Assembly: GCA_040905565.1 (NCBI GenBank)
Contig: JBBDRF010000083.1
Span: 1 to 64,000, forward strand
Direction: 5' to 3'
DNA length: 64,000 nt
DNA from: Phycisphaeraceae bacterium
GTDB lineage: Bacteria; Planctomycetota; Phycisphaerae; Phycisphaerales; Zrk34
The translations under genes and the position numbers were made by a program. Below, piece by piece: positions 32,601 through 40,632 of this stretch. How positions within the stretch are numbered: position 1 is the first letter of the stretch; every line of letters begins with the position of its first letter. Below the pieces are notes generated by a model. That model worked only from the letters and a program-made list of their open reading frames with translations. It was not told the DNA's origin and ran no database searches.

Positions 32601-35600
32601 CCTCATCCACCGCCACGTCGGGGCCGTTGATGAGCAGGCTGTTGGAGTTCGGCTCGGGGGTCACCGAAACACGCCGACCTTCAAATTCGCTCTCGCGCGC
32701 GGCGATTGCTTCGTTCACCGCCAAAGCCAGCGTCTCTGCCTCCGCCTTCTCCAGGCGTACCGTGCGAATCGTGCTGCCGCTTTCGCCGTCGGGTACATCG
32801 ATGTTCTCGATCAGCTGTTCCGCCAGCGCCAACTTGTGAGGCGGCGCCTGCACAATCACCGCCCTGATGCTCGCCACAGCCGTGACACGCACCGGCGTCT
32901 CGCCTGACTCCTGTTGCTGCTGCATCATCCGCTGGCGCATCCAGCCGGACATGCTCGACGTGTCGGCCTCATCAGAAAGCATCTCCGCAAGCACTTCCCG
33001 AACGTTCGCAGCCTCGGCATGCTCAAGCGTGAATGTCCGCACCTGCGTCGAGATCTCGCTCGGCGTCTGCAGCGTTTCAAGCAGCGCCTCGATGCGCTCG
33101 AACTGATCTTCCGTCGCAGCGACCATGATCTTCCGGCCCGCGGGATCGGCTTCGAACCGTGGCTGCGGACCCGCAACCGTCGCGCCGTCTTCCTCTGAAA
33201 ACAGCCGCCCGAGCGTCGGCGCCAGTTCCTCGACATCCCCTTCGCTGATCGTGTACGCCCGGATCGCCAGACGCCGATGCTCATCGCTCGGAACGTCCAG
33301 GTTCTCGATCAGGTGTTCCGCCAGCGACAGCTGCTCAGGCGAGGCCTGCACGATCACCGCCTTGATGCCCGGCGCTGCCGTGATCCGCACCGGCGTCTCG
33401 TCCGATTCCTGCCGTTGCTGCATCATCTGCCGACGCATCCAGCTGGACATCCCCGTCATTTCCGCCTCATCAGAGATCATCTCCTGGAGCACCTGCCGAA
33501 TCTGGTGCGGATCCGCATGCTCCAGCTCAAAGGTTCGCAACTGCGTGGTTATCTCAGTCGGCGTCTGCAGCGTTTCAAGCAGCGCCTCGATGCGCTCGAA
33601 CTGATCTTCCGTCGCAGCGACCATGATCTTCCGGCCCGCGGGATCGGCTTCGAACCGTGGCTGCGGACCCGCAACCGTCGCGCCGTCTTCCTCTGAAAAC
33701 AGCCGCCCGAGCGTCGGCGCCAGTTCCTCGACATCCCCTTCGCTGATCGTGTACGCCCGGATCGCCAGACGCCGATGCTCATCGCTCGGAACGTCCAGGT
33801 TCTCGATCAGGTGTTCCGCCAGCGACAGCTGCTCAGGCGAGGCCTGCACGATCACCGCCTTGATGCCCGGCGCTGCCGTGATCCGCACCGGCGTCTCGTC
33901 CGATTCCTGCCGTTGCTGCATCATCTGCCGACGCATCCAGCTGGACATCCCCGCCGTTTCCCCCTCATCAGAAATCATCTCCTGCAGCACCTGCCGAATC
34001 TGCTCCGGGTCCGCATGCTCCAGCGAGAACGTCTGAATACGGTTGGTCACCTCGCTGGGCGTCTGGAAATCTTCGAGAATCGCTTCGATGCGGTCGAACT
34101 GGTCACGCGTCGCCGCCACCATGATCTTCTTGCTCGCTGCATCGGCCTCGAAGCGCGGCTGCGGCGCCTGCCTCTCGTCGTCATCTTCTTCCGCAAACAG
34201 CCGCCCCAGCGTCGGCGCCAGCTCCGTCACGTCGCCCTCGGGCAGGTGATAGGAACGAATCTCGCGCCGACCGCGATGGCCCTCCTCGCCGGGATCCGCA
34301 TCCAGGTTCGCAATCAGCTGTTCCGCCAGCGCCAAATCCTGTGCCGAGCCCTGCACCAGCACCGCATTGATCGACGGTGCCGCCGTCACGCGAACCGCCA
34401 CCTCGCCCGACTGCATCTGCTGCTGCGCCAGTTGCATTTGCAGCCAACCGGGCATGCCGCGCGTTGCTTGACCGGGGCCGAGCATCCGCTCAAGAATCTC
34501 CGTCACCTGCTCCGGCTGGGCGTGCGTCAGTGTGAATGTTTCAAGCTGACTGGTGATTTCCGTCGTCGTCTGCAGATCATCGATCAGCGTTTCGATCCGC
34601 TCGAACTGTCCCTCCGTGGCCGCCACCAGCAGGTGATTGCCCGCCCCTGCTTCGAAGCGTGGCTGCGGACCGCGTGCCGCCGCACCACCCTCAGAGAACA
34701 GCCGCGCCAGCGTCGGCGCAAGCTCATCCACCTCACCCTCGGGGACGAGGTATGACCGGATCGCCAGCCCATGCGACCGCTCCGGATCGTCCAGCGATTG
34801 AACCAGCTCCTCTACCCGCTCAATCGTGTTTCGCGGTGCATGAATCACCAGCGAACGATCATCCGGTCCAGCCGACACGATCAACCGCTCCGCCACCGTC
34901 GGCGCTTCCACCCGGTCGGCCATCATCTGGCTGATCACGCCCACCAGCGCACCAGCCGAGCCGTTCACCGAAAGCACGCGCATCTGCCGACCGCTCTTCT
35001 CGCCCGACGCATCCAGCTTCTCGATGATCTGCTGGATGATTTCCAGGTGCGTCACCGCCGCCGTCACGATCAGCCGATTGGTATCCGGGTCGGCAATGAA
35101 GCGCGCATCGCCCACACCGGGCTCGGCCCGCGTTTTGAGTTGATCGAGATAGAGCTCCTGCGTCTGCTCGGCCAGTTCATCAGCTTTGCCTTCGCTTTGC
35201 AGTTCAAAGATGCGAAGGTCGCGGTCGGCATGTTCGACGATGCCGTCGAGTTGTTCGATGATCATCGCCGCCGCCTGCAGGTCGTCGCGTTCGCCGCTGA
35301 CGATCACCGTATTCGAGCTCGGATCCGCGCCAACCGAGACGCGCGCCTGCAGCCGCCCGCGCCGGTCCGGCACCAGCATCGCCTGCGATAGAAGCGACGC
35401 CACCTGCTCCGCCTCTGAAGTCTTCAAACGGAACAGCCGCGTGTCGCCCGTCTGCGTCGAGACCTGATCGATCTGCTCGATGATCGCTTCCATCTCATCC
35501 AGCTCACCCGGCACACCCGTCACGATCAACCGGTTCGTCGCCGAGTCGGGCAGCACCAGCAGCCGGTCCGCCCGGGCGTTGGAGCGATCCGCCGCCCGCT

Positions 35601-38600
35601 CCTCGTAGATGCGTGTCACCGTGCTGGCGAGATTCTCAGCCGTGCTGGCGGTCAACTCATACACGCGCGTTTCACGGTCTTCCGCTTCGACCGGCCGCTC
35701 ACGCAGGCTGGTGACGATTGCTTGAATGCGGTCCGCGTGATTCGGCCGGGCCGTCACGATCAGCCGCCCCGCCTCGGCGTCGGCGAGAATCTGCGCGTCC
35801 GCCGGACCTGAAGCCCGGTCGTCCCGCAGCTGCTCCTCGTACAGATCCTGCACCAACGGCAACAGCCTCTGAACCTCAGCCGCGCCGCCCATCTCGATCA
35901 TCCGCGTCTCTCTCGGGGCCGACGCCTCTTCCGACTCATCGGAAAGCTCGTTGATGAGTTCTTCGATGCGGGTGATATGGCTGGGCAATGCCGTCACAAT
36001 CAGCTGCGCCCGCTCGGTGTCGGTCAGGAAGTTCGCGTCCGCTTCTTCGCCGTCCTCCGCGTCACGCATCTGCTCCTGATAAAGATCACGCACCAAAGGC
36101 AGCACGCGGTTGAGTTCACGCAGCGAGCCGAACGTGAAGTATTCCGTTCGGCGCTCGGGCGTGTCCTCCTCCTCGACACTCAGCGAAGCGATCAGCGTTT
36201 CCACCCGCTCAAGATGCTGCTCGGGTGCGACCACAACAAGCCGATCGTTCTCCGTATCGGCTGTGATCGAAACTCGGTCCGCACCGTCATGCCCCTCTGT
36301 CTGCTCGCGCCAGAGGTCCGTCGCAAGGGCCGCAAGCTCGTTCGCCTGGCCGCGGGCCACCTTCACAAACTGCAGCTTCCGCTCCGTGCGGGTGGTGGGC
36401 ACGTCCAGCCGTTCGATGATGCTGCGCGCAGCACGCATGTCTTCGGCGCTGCCGCCGATGAACACGCTGTTGGTGTCCGCGTCGGCCGTCACCGAAGCTT
36501 CCATCGAAGGTCGCCCGTATCGATCGCGCGTCGTGAGCGCCTCGGTGACGATCTCCGCCACCTCTGTTGCCTCGGCGTGCTCCAGCGTGAACGCCTCGTT
36601 CGGCTCGGTCGCACGCGGGTCGGCCCGGTCAAGCTCCGCGACCAGCTCGGCCACGGCATCAACCTCATCGTCAGGCCCAATGGCCACGATCCGGTTCGAC
36701 CCGCCGTCGGAGAAGATCCGCGTCGCCGGCTCATAGTTCGGCCCGTGCTCCTCGACCATCATCTGCTCGAACAGGGCCGACACCAGCGGCTCAAGCTGCT
36801 CGGCATCGCCCTCGGTCAGTTCGATCAGACGAAGACGGCGCGGTCGCGTCTCCTGTCGTTGGTCAAGCTGATCGATCAGCTGCGAAGCGGCTTCGAGATT
36901 CTCCGCACTGCCTGAAACGATGAGGCTGTTGGAGCGCTCATCGACAAGGATGCGGACGACCGGTCGGCCGCCGTCGCCGTTGAGGCTCTTGTCCAGCAGG
37001 CCTTGAATCTCCGCTGCCTGCGCATCCTGGAGCCGATACACACGCGTCTCCTCACGTGCCGGGGCTTCGCCCCCGTCGTCAGTCAGCTGCGTGACGATTG
37101 CCTCTACCTTCACCAGTTCGCTTTCGGGGCCGGTGAGGATCAGCCTGCTGTTCGTGCGATCGGTGTTGATCGAGGCCGCCCCGCCGACCGGCTCATCCTG
37201 CCCGCGGCCCTGTTCTTCATAAAGCTCTTGAACGAGCAACGCGAAGTCCTCCGCCTCGCCCTCGGGCAGATCGACCGTTCGCGTCTGCCTCGGCACCACC
37301 GGCTCGTCCTGATCGAACTGCTGAATCAACGGCTCGATCTGCTCGTAATCTTCCCGCGTCGCCAGCACGATGATCCGCCGCTCCTGCGCGTGCGGCATCA
37401 GCCTCGGCTGCGGATGTCCCTCAGGCCGATCCGCCGCCACCTCAGCGAACAGATCGTTCACCGTCGGGATCAGCTCGCCTGCGGACTTGTGCTCAAGCTC
37501 GACCACGAAAATTTCACGCTGCACCTGCGGCGGCTTCACATCCACCGTCGTGACGATCTGCTTCACCTGCTCATACTGCGCTTCGCTGGCCGTCACGATC
37601 AGTCGATTGTTCGTCGCATCGGGCAGCAGCAACGGCGGCGAGTCGTCGCGGAACGCCGAGCTGTTCATCGCCTCATCCACCAGCGACCGCACGTCCTCGA
37701 TCACATCATTGATGCGCACTTCGCTGAGCGCGATCACCTCCACGTTCCGGCTCGGCGGCGGGTCCGCGGAGCGCAGCTTCTCCACGATCTGCTCGATGCG
37801 CTCGATGTCCGCCACCGTGCCCGACACGATCAACCGACCGTTGCCGGGGTCGCTCATGATCGACGCGCTCGGCCCACGCCTCGCAGGCTGATCACGAAGC
37901 TGTTCCTCGTGAAGATCGCGCACCAACGGCAGCAGCCGCTCCGCTTCCTCGTCATTGCCCACCGTGATCAACTGCGTCTGCCGCGGCACCAGCGGCTCGC
38001 CCGCCTTCAACTGCGTCGTCATCTCCTCAGCGATCCGCACGTCACCCGGCGAACCGGTCACGATCAACTTGTTCCGTTCACGATCCAGCGTGATCTGCAG
38101 CCGTTCGCGCCTTTGCTGGCCCGGTCCGATTGTGGTCGTCGCCTGCCGCACCGCCTGCTCAACCGTGTCCACGTCGGCGTCATCCAGATCGTAGACCCGC
38201 GTCACTGTCAGCCGATCCGGCGGCGTGTGCGTCTGCTCATCAGAATCCTGCGATCGCACGCCCGCATCCACCCGGAAGATCAACCGCTCAATCTCATCGA
38301 GTTGCGAAGCGGCCGGGGCTGTGACGATCAGCCTTTGCGAGGTCTCATCAATGATCAGCCGCGCCTGCGTCGACGACGCCCCCTGCCCCGGCGCCGCCAC
38401 GCCCGGCACCGCTTCACGAACAATGCGCGCCAGTTCAACGGGCGTCTGCGTGCTGGGGTAGAAGATTTTGATCTCCCCCGCCTGCCCGCCGCTTTCGTCC
38501 TCGAACTGATTGATCAGTTCCTCCGCCAGCTGGATGCGATCGCGCGGGCCGAACAGAATCAGCGTGCGTGAAGGCTCATCGAAAATCGCGGTGATGTAAT

Positions 38601-39465
38601 CTTCCGGGTTCGGCGAGAGTTCCTGATACGTCTTCGCCTGGCGGTTGTATTGAAGCCGACGCGGGGCCGTCGCCTCGCCGAACGTCTGGTTGATGAGGTC
38701 CGAAAGCACCGCGCCGGGCGCCGTGACCAGATTGTAGACTTTCATCTGCCGCTGCACCGCCGACTCGGTGTCGACCTCCTCGAGCAGCCGTTCGATGCGG
38801 CGGATGCTGCTGAGCCGATCGGTAATGATCAGCCCGCTCTCGCGCGTCATCGGTGCGATCGAGCCGGAAGCGGAGAGCATCGACTGCGCCGCTTCGAGGA
38901 TGTCGGCGGCCGTGAGATGCTCCAGGCCCAGCACCACGGTGACCACTTCGCCGGGCCGCGCGTCGCCTGTGTCAGCCAGGCCACGGAAGATGCGGGTGTT
39001 GGTGCGCTCCAGGTTATCCAGCGCGACAAGCTTCAGAAACCGCCCTTCCTCAATGAGGGCTGCGTCACGCGTCGCCAGGATCATGTTGATCGCATCGAGC
39101 GCTTCTTCATAGCTGTACGGATCAGGATCGGAAAACGTCAGCGTCCCATCAATCTCCGTCTCCATAACCAGCGGCCTCTCGCTCATCGCTGAGAACCGCT
39201 CTACCACATGGCCGTACGGCACGCCGTCGAACTGGAAGCGAATATTACGCACCGCCTCACCCTCCGCATCGACCGCCTCCGCGGGCTCGCCTTCCGGCGC
39301 AGCGTCAGGCGCATCCTCAACAGCTTCGACAGGTTCGGCAGTCTCAGCAGGCGCGGGCGCGGGGGGCGTGGGGGAGGCCGGCGCGGGGGCGTCTGCCGCG
39401 CCGGCAATCCCTGCCGTTGCGGTCAGAAAGAGCGAAACGATCATCGTGATCCATACTCGAGTCAT
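26632..39465 (-). CDS. gspD: Giant GspD-type secretin (4277 aa, about 46 secretin-N repeats)
   Basis: Signal peptide, N0 domain (IRFQFDG..), repeated [R.F.L.HA.A...L..LF]..[D.RTN.LIV....E..I.QLD] units, C-terminal secretin domain (PQVLIQV, LSRPQIL, YRDVGILLSVTPRI, KVPFFGDLPLIGAAFR, RTELLIILTPHVI). Confidence 0.93.
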   Translation of the reverse strand: MTRVWITMIVSLFLTATAGIAGAADAPAPASPTPPAPAPAETAEPVEAVEDAPDAAPEGEPAEAVDAEGEAVRNIRFQFDGVPYGHVVERFSAMSERPLVMETEIDGTLTFSDPDPYSYEEALDAINMILATRDAALIEEGRFLKLVALDNLERTNTRIFRGLADTGDARPGEVVTVVLGLEHLTAADILEAAQSMLSASGSIAPMTRESGLIITDRLSSIRRIERLLEEVDTESAVQRQMKVYNLVTAPGAVLSDLINQTFGEATAPRRLQYNRQAKTYQELSPNPEDYITAIFDEPSRTLILFGPRDRIQLAEELINQFEDESGGQAGEIKIFYPSTQTPVELARIVREAVPGVAAPGQGASSTQARLIIDETSQRLIVTAPAASQLDEIERLIFRVDAGVRSQDSDEQTHTPPDRLTVTRVYDLDDADVDTVEQAVRQATTTIGPGQQRRERLQITLDRERNKLIVTGSPGDVRIAEEMTTQLKAGEPLVPRQTQLITVGNDEEAERLLPLVRDLHEEQLRDQPARRGPSASIMSDPGNGRLIVSGTVADIERIEQIVEKLRSADPPPSRNVEVIALSEVRINDVIEDVRSLVDEAMNSSAFRDDSPPLLLPDATNNRLIVTASEAQYEQVKQIVTTVDVKPPQVQREIFVVELEHKSAGELIPTVNDLFAEVAADRPEGHPQPRLMPHAQERRIIVLATREDYEQIEPLIQQFDQDEPVVPRQTRTVDLPEGEAEDFALLVQELYEEQGRGQDEPVGGAASINTDRTNSRLILTGPESELVKVEAIVTQLTDDGGEAPAREETRVYRLQDAQAAEIQGLLDKSLNGDGGRPVVRILVDERSNSLIVSGSAENLEAASQLIDQLDQRQETRPRRLRLIELTEGDAEQLEPLVSALFEQMMVEEHGPNYEPATRIFSDGGSNRIVAIGPDDEVDAVAELVAELDRADPRATEPNEAFTLEHAEATEVAEIVTEALTTRDRYGRPSMEASVTADADTNSVFIGGSAEDMRAARSIIERLDVPTTRTERKLQFVKVARGQANELAALATDLWREQTEGHDGADRVSITADTENDRLVVVAPEQHLERVETLIASLSVEEEDTPERRTEYFTFGSLRELNRVLPLVRDLYQEQMRDAEDGEEADANFLTDTERAQLIVTALPSHITRIEELINELSDESEEASAPRETRMIEMGGAAEVQRLLPLVQDLYEEQLRDDRASGPADAQILADAEAGRLIVTARPNHADRIQAIVTSLRERPVEAEDRETRVYELTASTAENLASTVTRIYEERAADRSNARADRLLVLPDSATNRLIVTGVPGELDEMEAIIEQIDQVSTQTGDTRLFRLKTSEAEQVASLLSQAMLVPDRRGRLQARVSVGADPSSNTVIVSGERDDLQAAAMIIEQLDGIVEHADRDLRIFELQSEGKADELAEQTQELYLDQLKTRAEPGVGDARFIADPDTNRLIVTAAVTHLEIIQQIIEKLDASGEKSGRQMRVLSVNGSAGALVGVISQMMADRVEAPTVAERLIVSAGPDDRSLVIHAPRNTIERVEELVQSLDDPERSHGLAIRSYLVPEGEVDELAPTLARLFSEGGAAARGPQPRFEAGAGNHLLVAATEGQFERIETLIDDLQTTTEITSQLETFTLTHAQPEQVTEILERMLGPGQATRGMPGWLQMQLAQQQMQSGEVAVRVTAAPSINAVLVQGSAQDLALAEQLIANLDADPGEEGHRGRREIRSYHLPEGDVTELAPTLGRLFAEEDDDERQAPQPRFEADAASKKIMVAATRDQFDRIEAILEDFQTPSEVTNRIQTFSLEHADPEQIRQVLQEMISDEGETAGMSSWMRRQMMQQRQESDETPVRITAAPGIKAVIVQASPEQLSLAEHLIENLDVPSDEHRRLAIRAYTISEGDVEELAPTLGRLFSEEDGATVAGPQPRFEADPAGRKIMVAATEDQFERIEALLETLQTPTEITTQLRTFELEHADPHQIRQVLQEMISDEAEMTGMSSWMRRQMMQQRQESDETPVRITAAPGIKAVIVQASPEQLSLAEHLIENLDVPSDEHRRLAIRAYTISEGDVEELAPTLGRLFSEEDGATVAGPQPRFEADPAGRKIMVAATEDQFERIEALLETLQTPSEISTQVRTFTLEHAEAANVREVLAEMLSDEADTSSMSGWMRQRMMQQQQESGETPVRVTAVASIRAVIVQAPPHKLALAEQLIENIDVPDGESGSTIRTVRLEKAEAETLALAVNEAIAARESEFEGRRVSVTPEPNSNSLLINGPDVAVDEVLEIIRELDEQGDHRGIDVRIFRIQNGEAEQISATLEQMLEGVFGRRGEADAFTITVDDRTNSLVISAQRAQFVMVEQLLAALDDAPEPMDRAIRYVRIKHADAFDVASRLRMLFDDREAETRPVIEADMFTDSITIIAPEADLDPIEEMIAELDEVTRDETIQVRVIPLLEVPAAQMAEMLRDVHGQMTGTHVELVDRLPQGIRPNLPGGAVDPEALLEGLDLPEGFDVEEEPVVAIAHDRDSNTLLLSGPGYELDALEDLVTDLSFSFISSDADFRRFQLENADPAAVAETLTQLFREDPVEVVLQEGEGREGGGGGREERRVTHQQKITVIPEPRTRSVIVRARPTHFEIVETLIEQLDEDGVPPQAEMRMFALEHASPDRLLPIVEEMISHLAELRPGDTVSVHVDTASRSLIVIGREHVFEQVADVVEQFDTEATLTEADVQLVPLRKADASAMAEVLTGMLSPSADGELTAEAMALQEQIRRLNIRDGEGEVVTLDLAQPIKVAAAEASNMLILTSTPTNLPALEAVAQMMDTVPLLDGVDVRLIALERADAATIQETLEDIFTQGQALGEGPGNVPGLPEGVSGEALTGQLNVAVDARTNALILSGHPSALELAETLVADLDQDVERFVTEVELFRLRHASAPNMAPVLQAVFTETGSDPGAEGLATQVTRLRRVLDNGEEVVTEQPKTRAALMVQADEVTNTLIVAARSDMMPLITDVIQTMDIPDATGMDNIRIIPLNHANAETVQSVIEDMYEGPLASQMPPGDRPHMTLDPRTNALIVAANDKAWGIVAGLVQQLDRELPVELRDVRMILVENADAQALGGMIQQLLDARVEQRQAMGRAEAESLRVEIISDPRTNTLLVAGSREAYEMVEGLAEQLDRDGPNLAGQIDLIPLEHASAGTLAGTLSNLFDARYAAAQTQDVASRQPIILPDLRTNSLMVVAIADDRRALDDLLEQLDRKPESPAVQIELVALANNQAQAVAQMLNQVFASRQQTATTPGQPALPEENVAVHPDVLTNSVIITASGENIDVARELIEQVDTNPVVKDGSIRTFALEHAEAHRAAVTLESLIAQGVYRPGAAVGGPQQQIRERVAVEVNPRANTLIVSASPENMAIIEQVVAQIDTEAHAGGTDMRVYVLEHASAPRLVATLTDFFDSRRSTEEIAGEPTLPVSIMADDRTNALLVTGGTESFLTLERLIDQLDQPDSIERANYRIFPLANSTAAKVQQTLEQLFSARPSAAGAPAPQTITVIADPWANAVLVSAAAEDMAMVASLVERLDTGAHDEDNVEIFRLAKADASQVAETIESLYRQAGPGGQQVALNVDERLNAIVVSAGSADAKRIGSLVKRLDTEDLARVAEIRVIQLKHARANELSTLLTELLTSTPTAPGDAPDAGQRLLQFVARTADDQQEEIASALQEGVLVTPDTRTNSLVISAPVEAMPLLEHVISRLDASSPQIASIQVFSLENADAGQMADVLSDLFRLQQTAAETERSIRYTLVRPGDAEGEAAGGQPVEAGDGSDLNGSDLNAAATLGTAEQHALTVTVDMRTNSLLVGGTEHYVRLASELIAELDSSPAQERISRVYRLRHAQAIDIELAIRDFLDQERMRVTQILGDEGIGTVQGLLDREIAIVAEQSSNTLLISASPRYFPDVAELIEDLDKPQPQVLIQVMLAEVTLNDELDLGVEWSYTPVLDGTPIQTGTDFGVAGDLLQSGGFSTMITGGDFQFLLRALQAEGRLEVLSRPQILAADNMEATIQVGSEIPVIDEARTSDLTSATTVTAVDYRDVGILLSVTPRISPEGFVNLTVAPEISALSAQTVQVTPDFRLPIIDRRRAETQVSVQDGNTIIIGGLISSRDDFIEDKVPFFGDLPLIGAAFRSTRTSTERTELLIILTPHVIHDVSDANRVTREHIDGSAIHDMPINDPMRERLMKEVGEDGVYNVDPEPEERPEFRPLSDDPRIPHETIGDDEQGEPDEQ
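33060..33953. repeat. Perfect 396-bp direct repeat (33060-33455 = 33558-33953), period 498 bp, inside the secretin gene
   Basis: Base-by-base comparison showed no mismatch over 396 bp; shadow ORFs also recur at a 498-bp offset. Confidence 0.93.
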
Positions 39466-39573
39466 AACAGGGAACTCCTCGCGACGCCTCGCGCCGCTTT
39501 CGGCGACGGCAGGCAGAACGGGTTTTTTGAGCCGACGCAGGGTGGGATTGGGGGGGGCGCGTCGGGGCGGGTA

Positions 39574-40632
39574 TCAAGGCGAATCAGCTTGCTGACTGAT
39601 CTCAGGGGCCTCGTCTCTTAGATCAGCAGGAAGTTCTTCCTGCGTCAGCTTACGTTTGTCGGCCAGAGTCGCGCCACGTTCAATGGCCCAGTACTCTGAA
39701 TCCTGCCGGACGATCACGCGGCTTTGCGACCGGATGCTCGGATCATCAGGCAAAGCCAGCGGGCGATAGTCTACCATGACCACTGTTCCAGCTGCCAATT
39801 CATCACCGGGCGAATAGCTCAACATCTTGTCCGCAGTGCGGTCGTGGATCAAAATCTCCGTCTCGCCGCGCCACTCCGAAAGCGACACCACGCGAAACGT
39901 CTCAGGCCCAGGGGGCGCAGGCCCAGGTTCTGGCTCCGGCGCCGGCGCTTCCGCCTGCTGCACCGGCTCAGGTTCAGGCTCCGGCTCCGGCTCCGGCGGC
40001 TTTGCCACGTAAGGTCGCAACATGTTCCGCGCCGCGATCGGATCGTAAACCCGACGTCCCTCGTCCTCCGCCGCCACCGCAGGCAACGGCTCCGCAGGCT
40101 CCACCGGCACCGCCTCCAGCACCAGCGTCAGGTACCGAAAGTTCACCGTGACCTCTTCATCGTTCCGCGAATCAGGCGAGATCACGATGTTCTCCAGCCG
40201 CTGCAGGTACGGCGCATTCTCAAGCACGTAAAGCAGGTCGATGATCTGATCCAAAGGCCCCTGCCCCTGAATCTGCCAGCCGATCTCTACGCCGCCCCGA
40301 ATCCGCCTTGTGCCCGTAGGCCTGCGACTGAAGCGGCTATCGGACAGCCCCACTTCCGTGATGTTCCGCGTCAGCATCGCCCCCGCCGCCGCCGCCGCTT
40401 CGTCGGGATGCTCACCGAACGATTGCGCCGCCCGGCGGCCCATCGCCTCCTGCGCCGTGAACGCATCGCGCTGTTCATCATTGAGGTCGCTAAGCGTGCT
40501 GCGGCCCTGCCGAATCTGCGCTTCCAGCCGCAGCACCGGCTCGTTCACCAGCTTGTAGTAAGCCGCCATCAGACCGACCGCCAGCACGCAGAAGCCGACC
40601 ATCATCGCGAGTTTCTTTTCACGATTACTCAT
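39574..40632 (-). CDS. GspM/PilO-like inner-membrane protein with C-terminal GspC/PilP-HR-like domain
   Basis: MSNREKKL + TM + coiled coil + G.LDQIIDLLYVLE; then IAARNMLRP, PEPEPE linker and a beta-rich domain; sits between gspL-like gene and gspD. Confidence 0.65.
   Translation of the reverse strand: MSNREKKLAMMVGFCVLAVGLMAAYYKLVNEPVLRLEAQIRQGRSTLSDLNDEQRDAFTAQEAMGRRAAQSFGEHPDEAAAAAGAMLTRNITEVGLSDSRFSRRPTGTRRIRGGVEIGWQIQGQGPLDQIIDLLYVLENAPYLQRLENIVISPDSRNDEEVTVNFRYLTLVLEAVPVEPAEPLPAVAAEDEGRRVYDPIAARNMLRPYVAKPPEPEPEPEPEPVQQAEAPAPEPEPGPAPPGPETFRVVSLSEWRGETEILIHDRTADKMLSYSPGDELAAGTVVMVDYRPLALPDDPSIRSQSRVIVRQDSEYWAIERGATLADKRKLTQEELPADLRDEAPEISQQADSP

Noticed and set aside
33060..33953. CRISPR array, IS or diversity-generating retroelement TR/VR pair
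   Set aside because: In-frame coding repeat, fully identical with no adenine-specific differences; no spacers, cas, transposase or reverse transcriptase.
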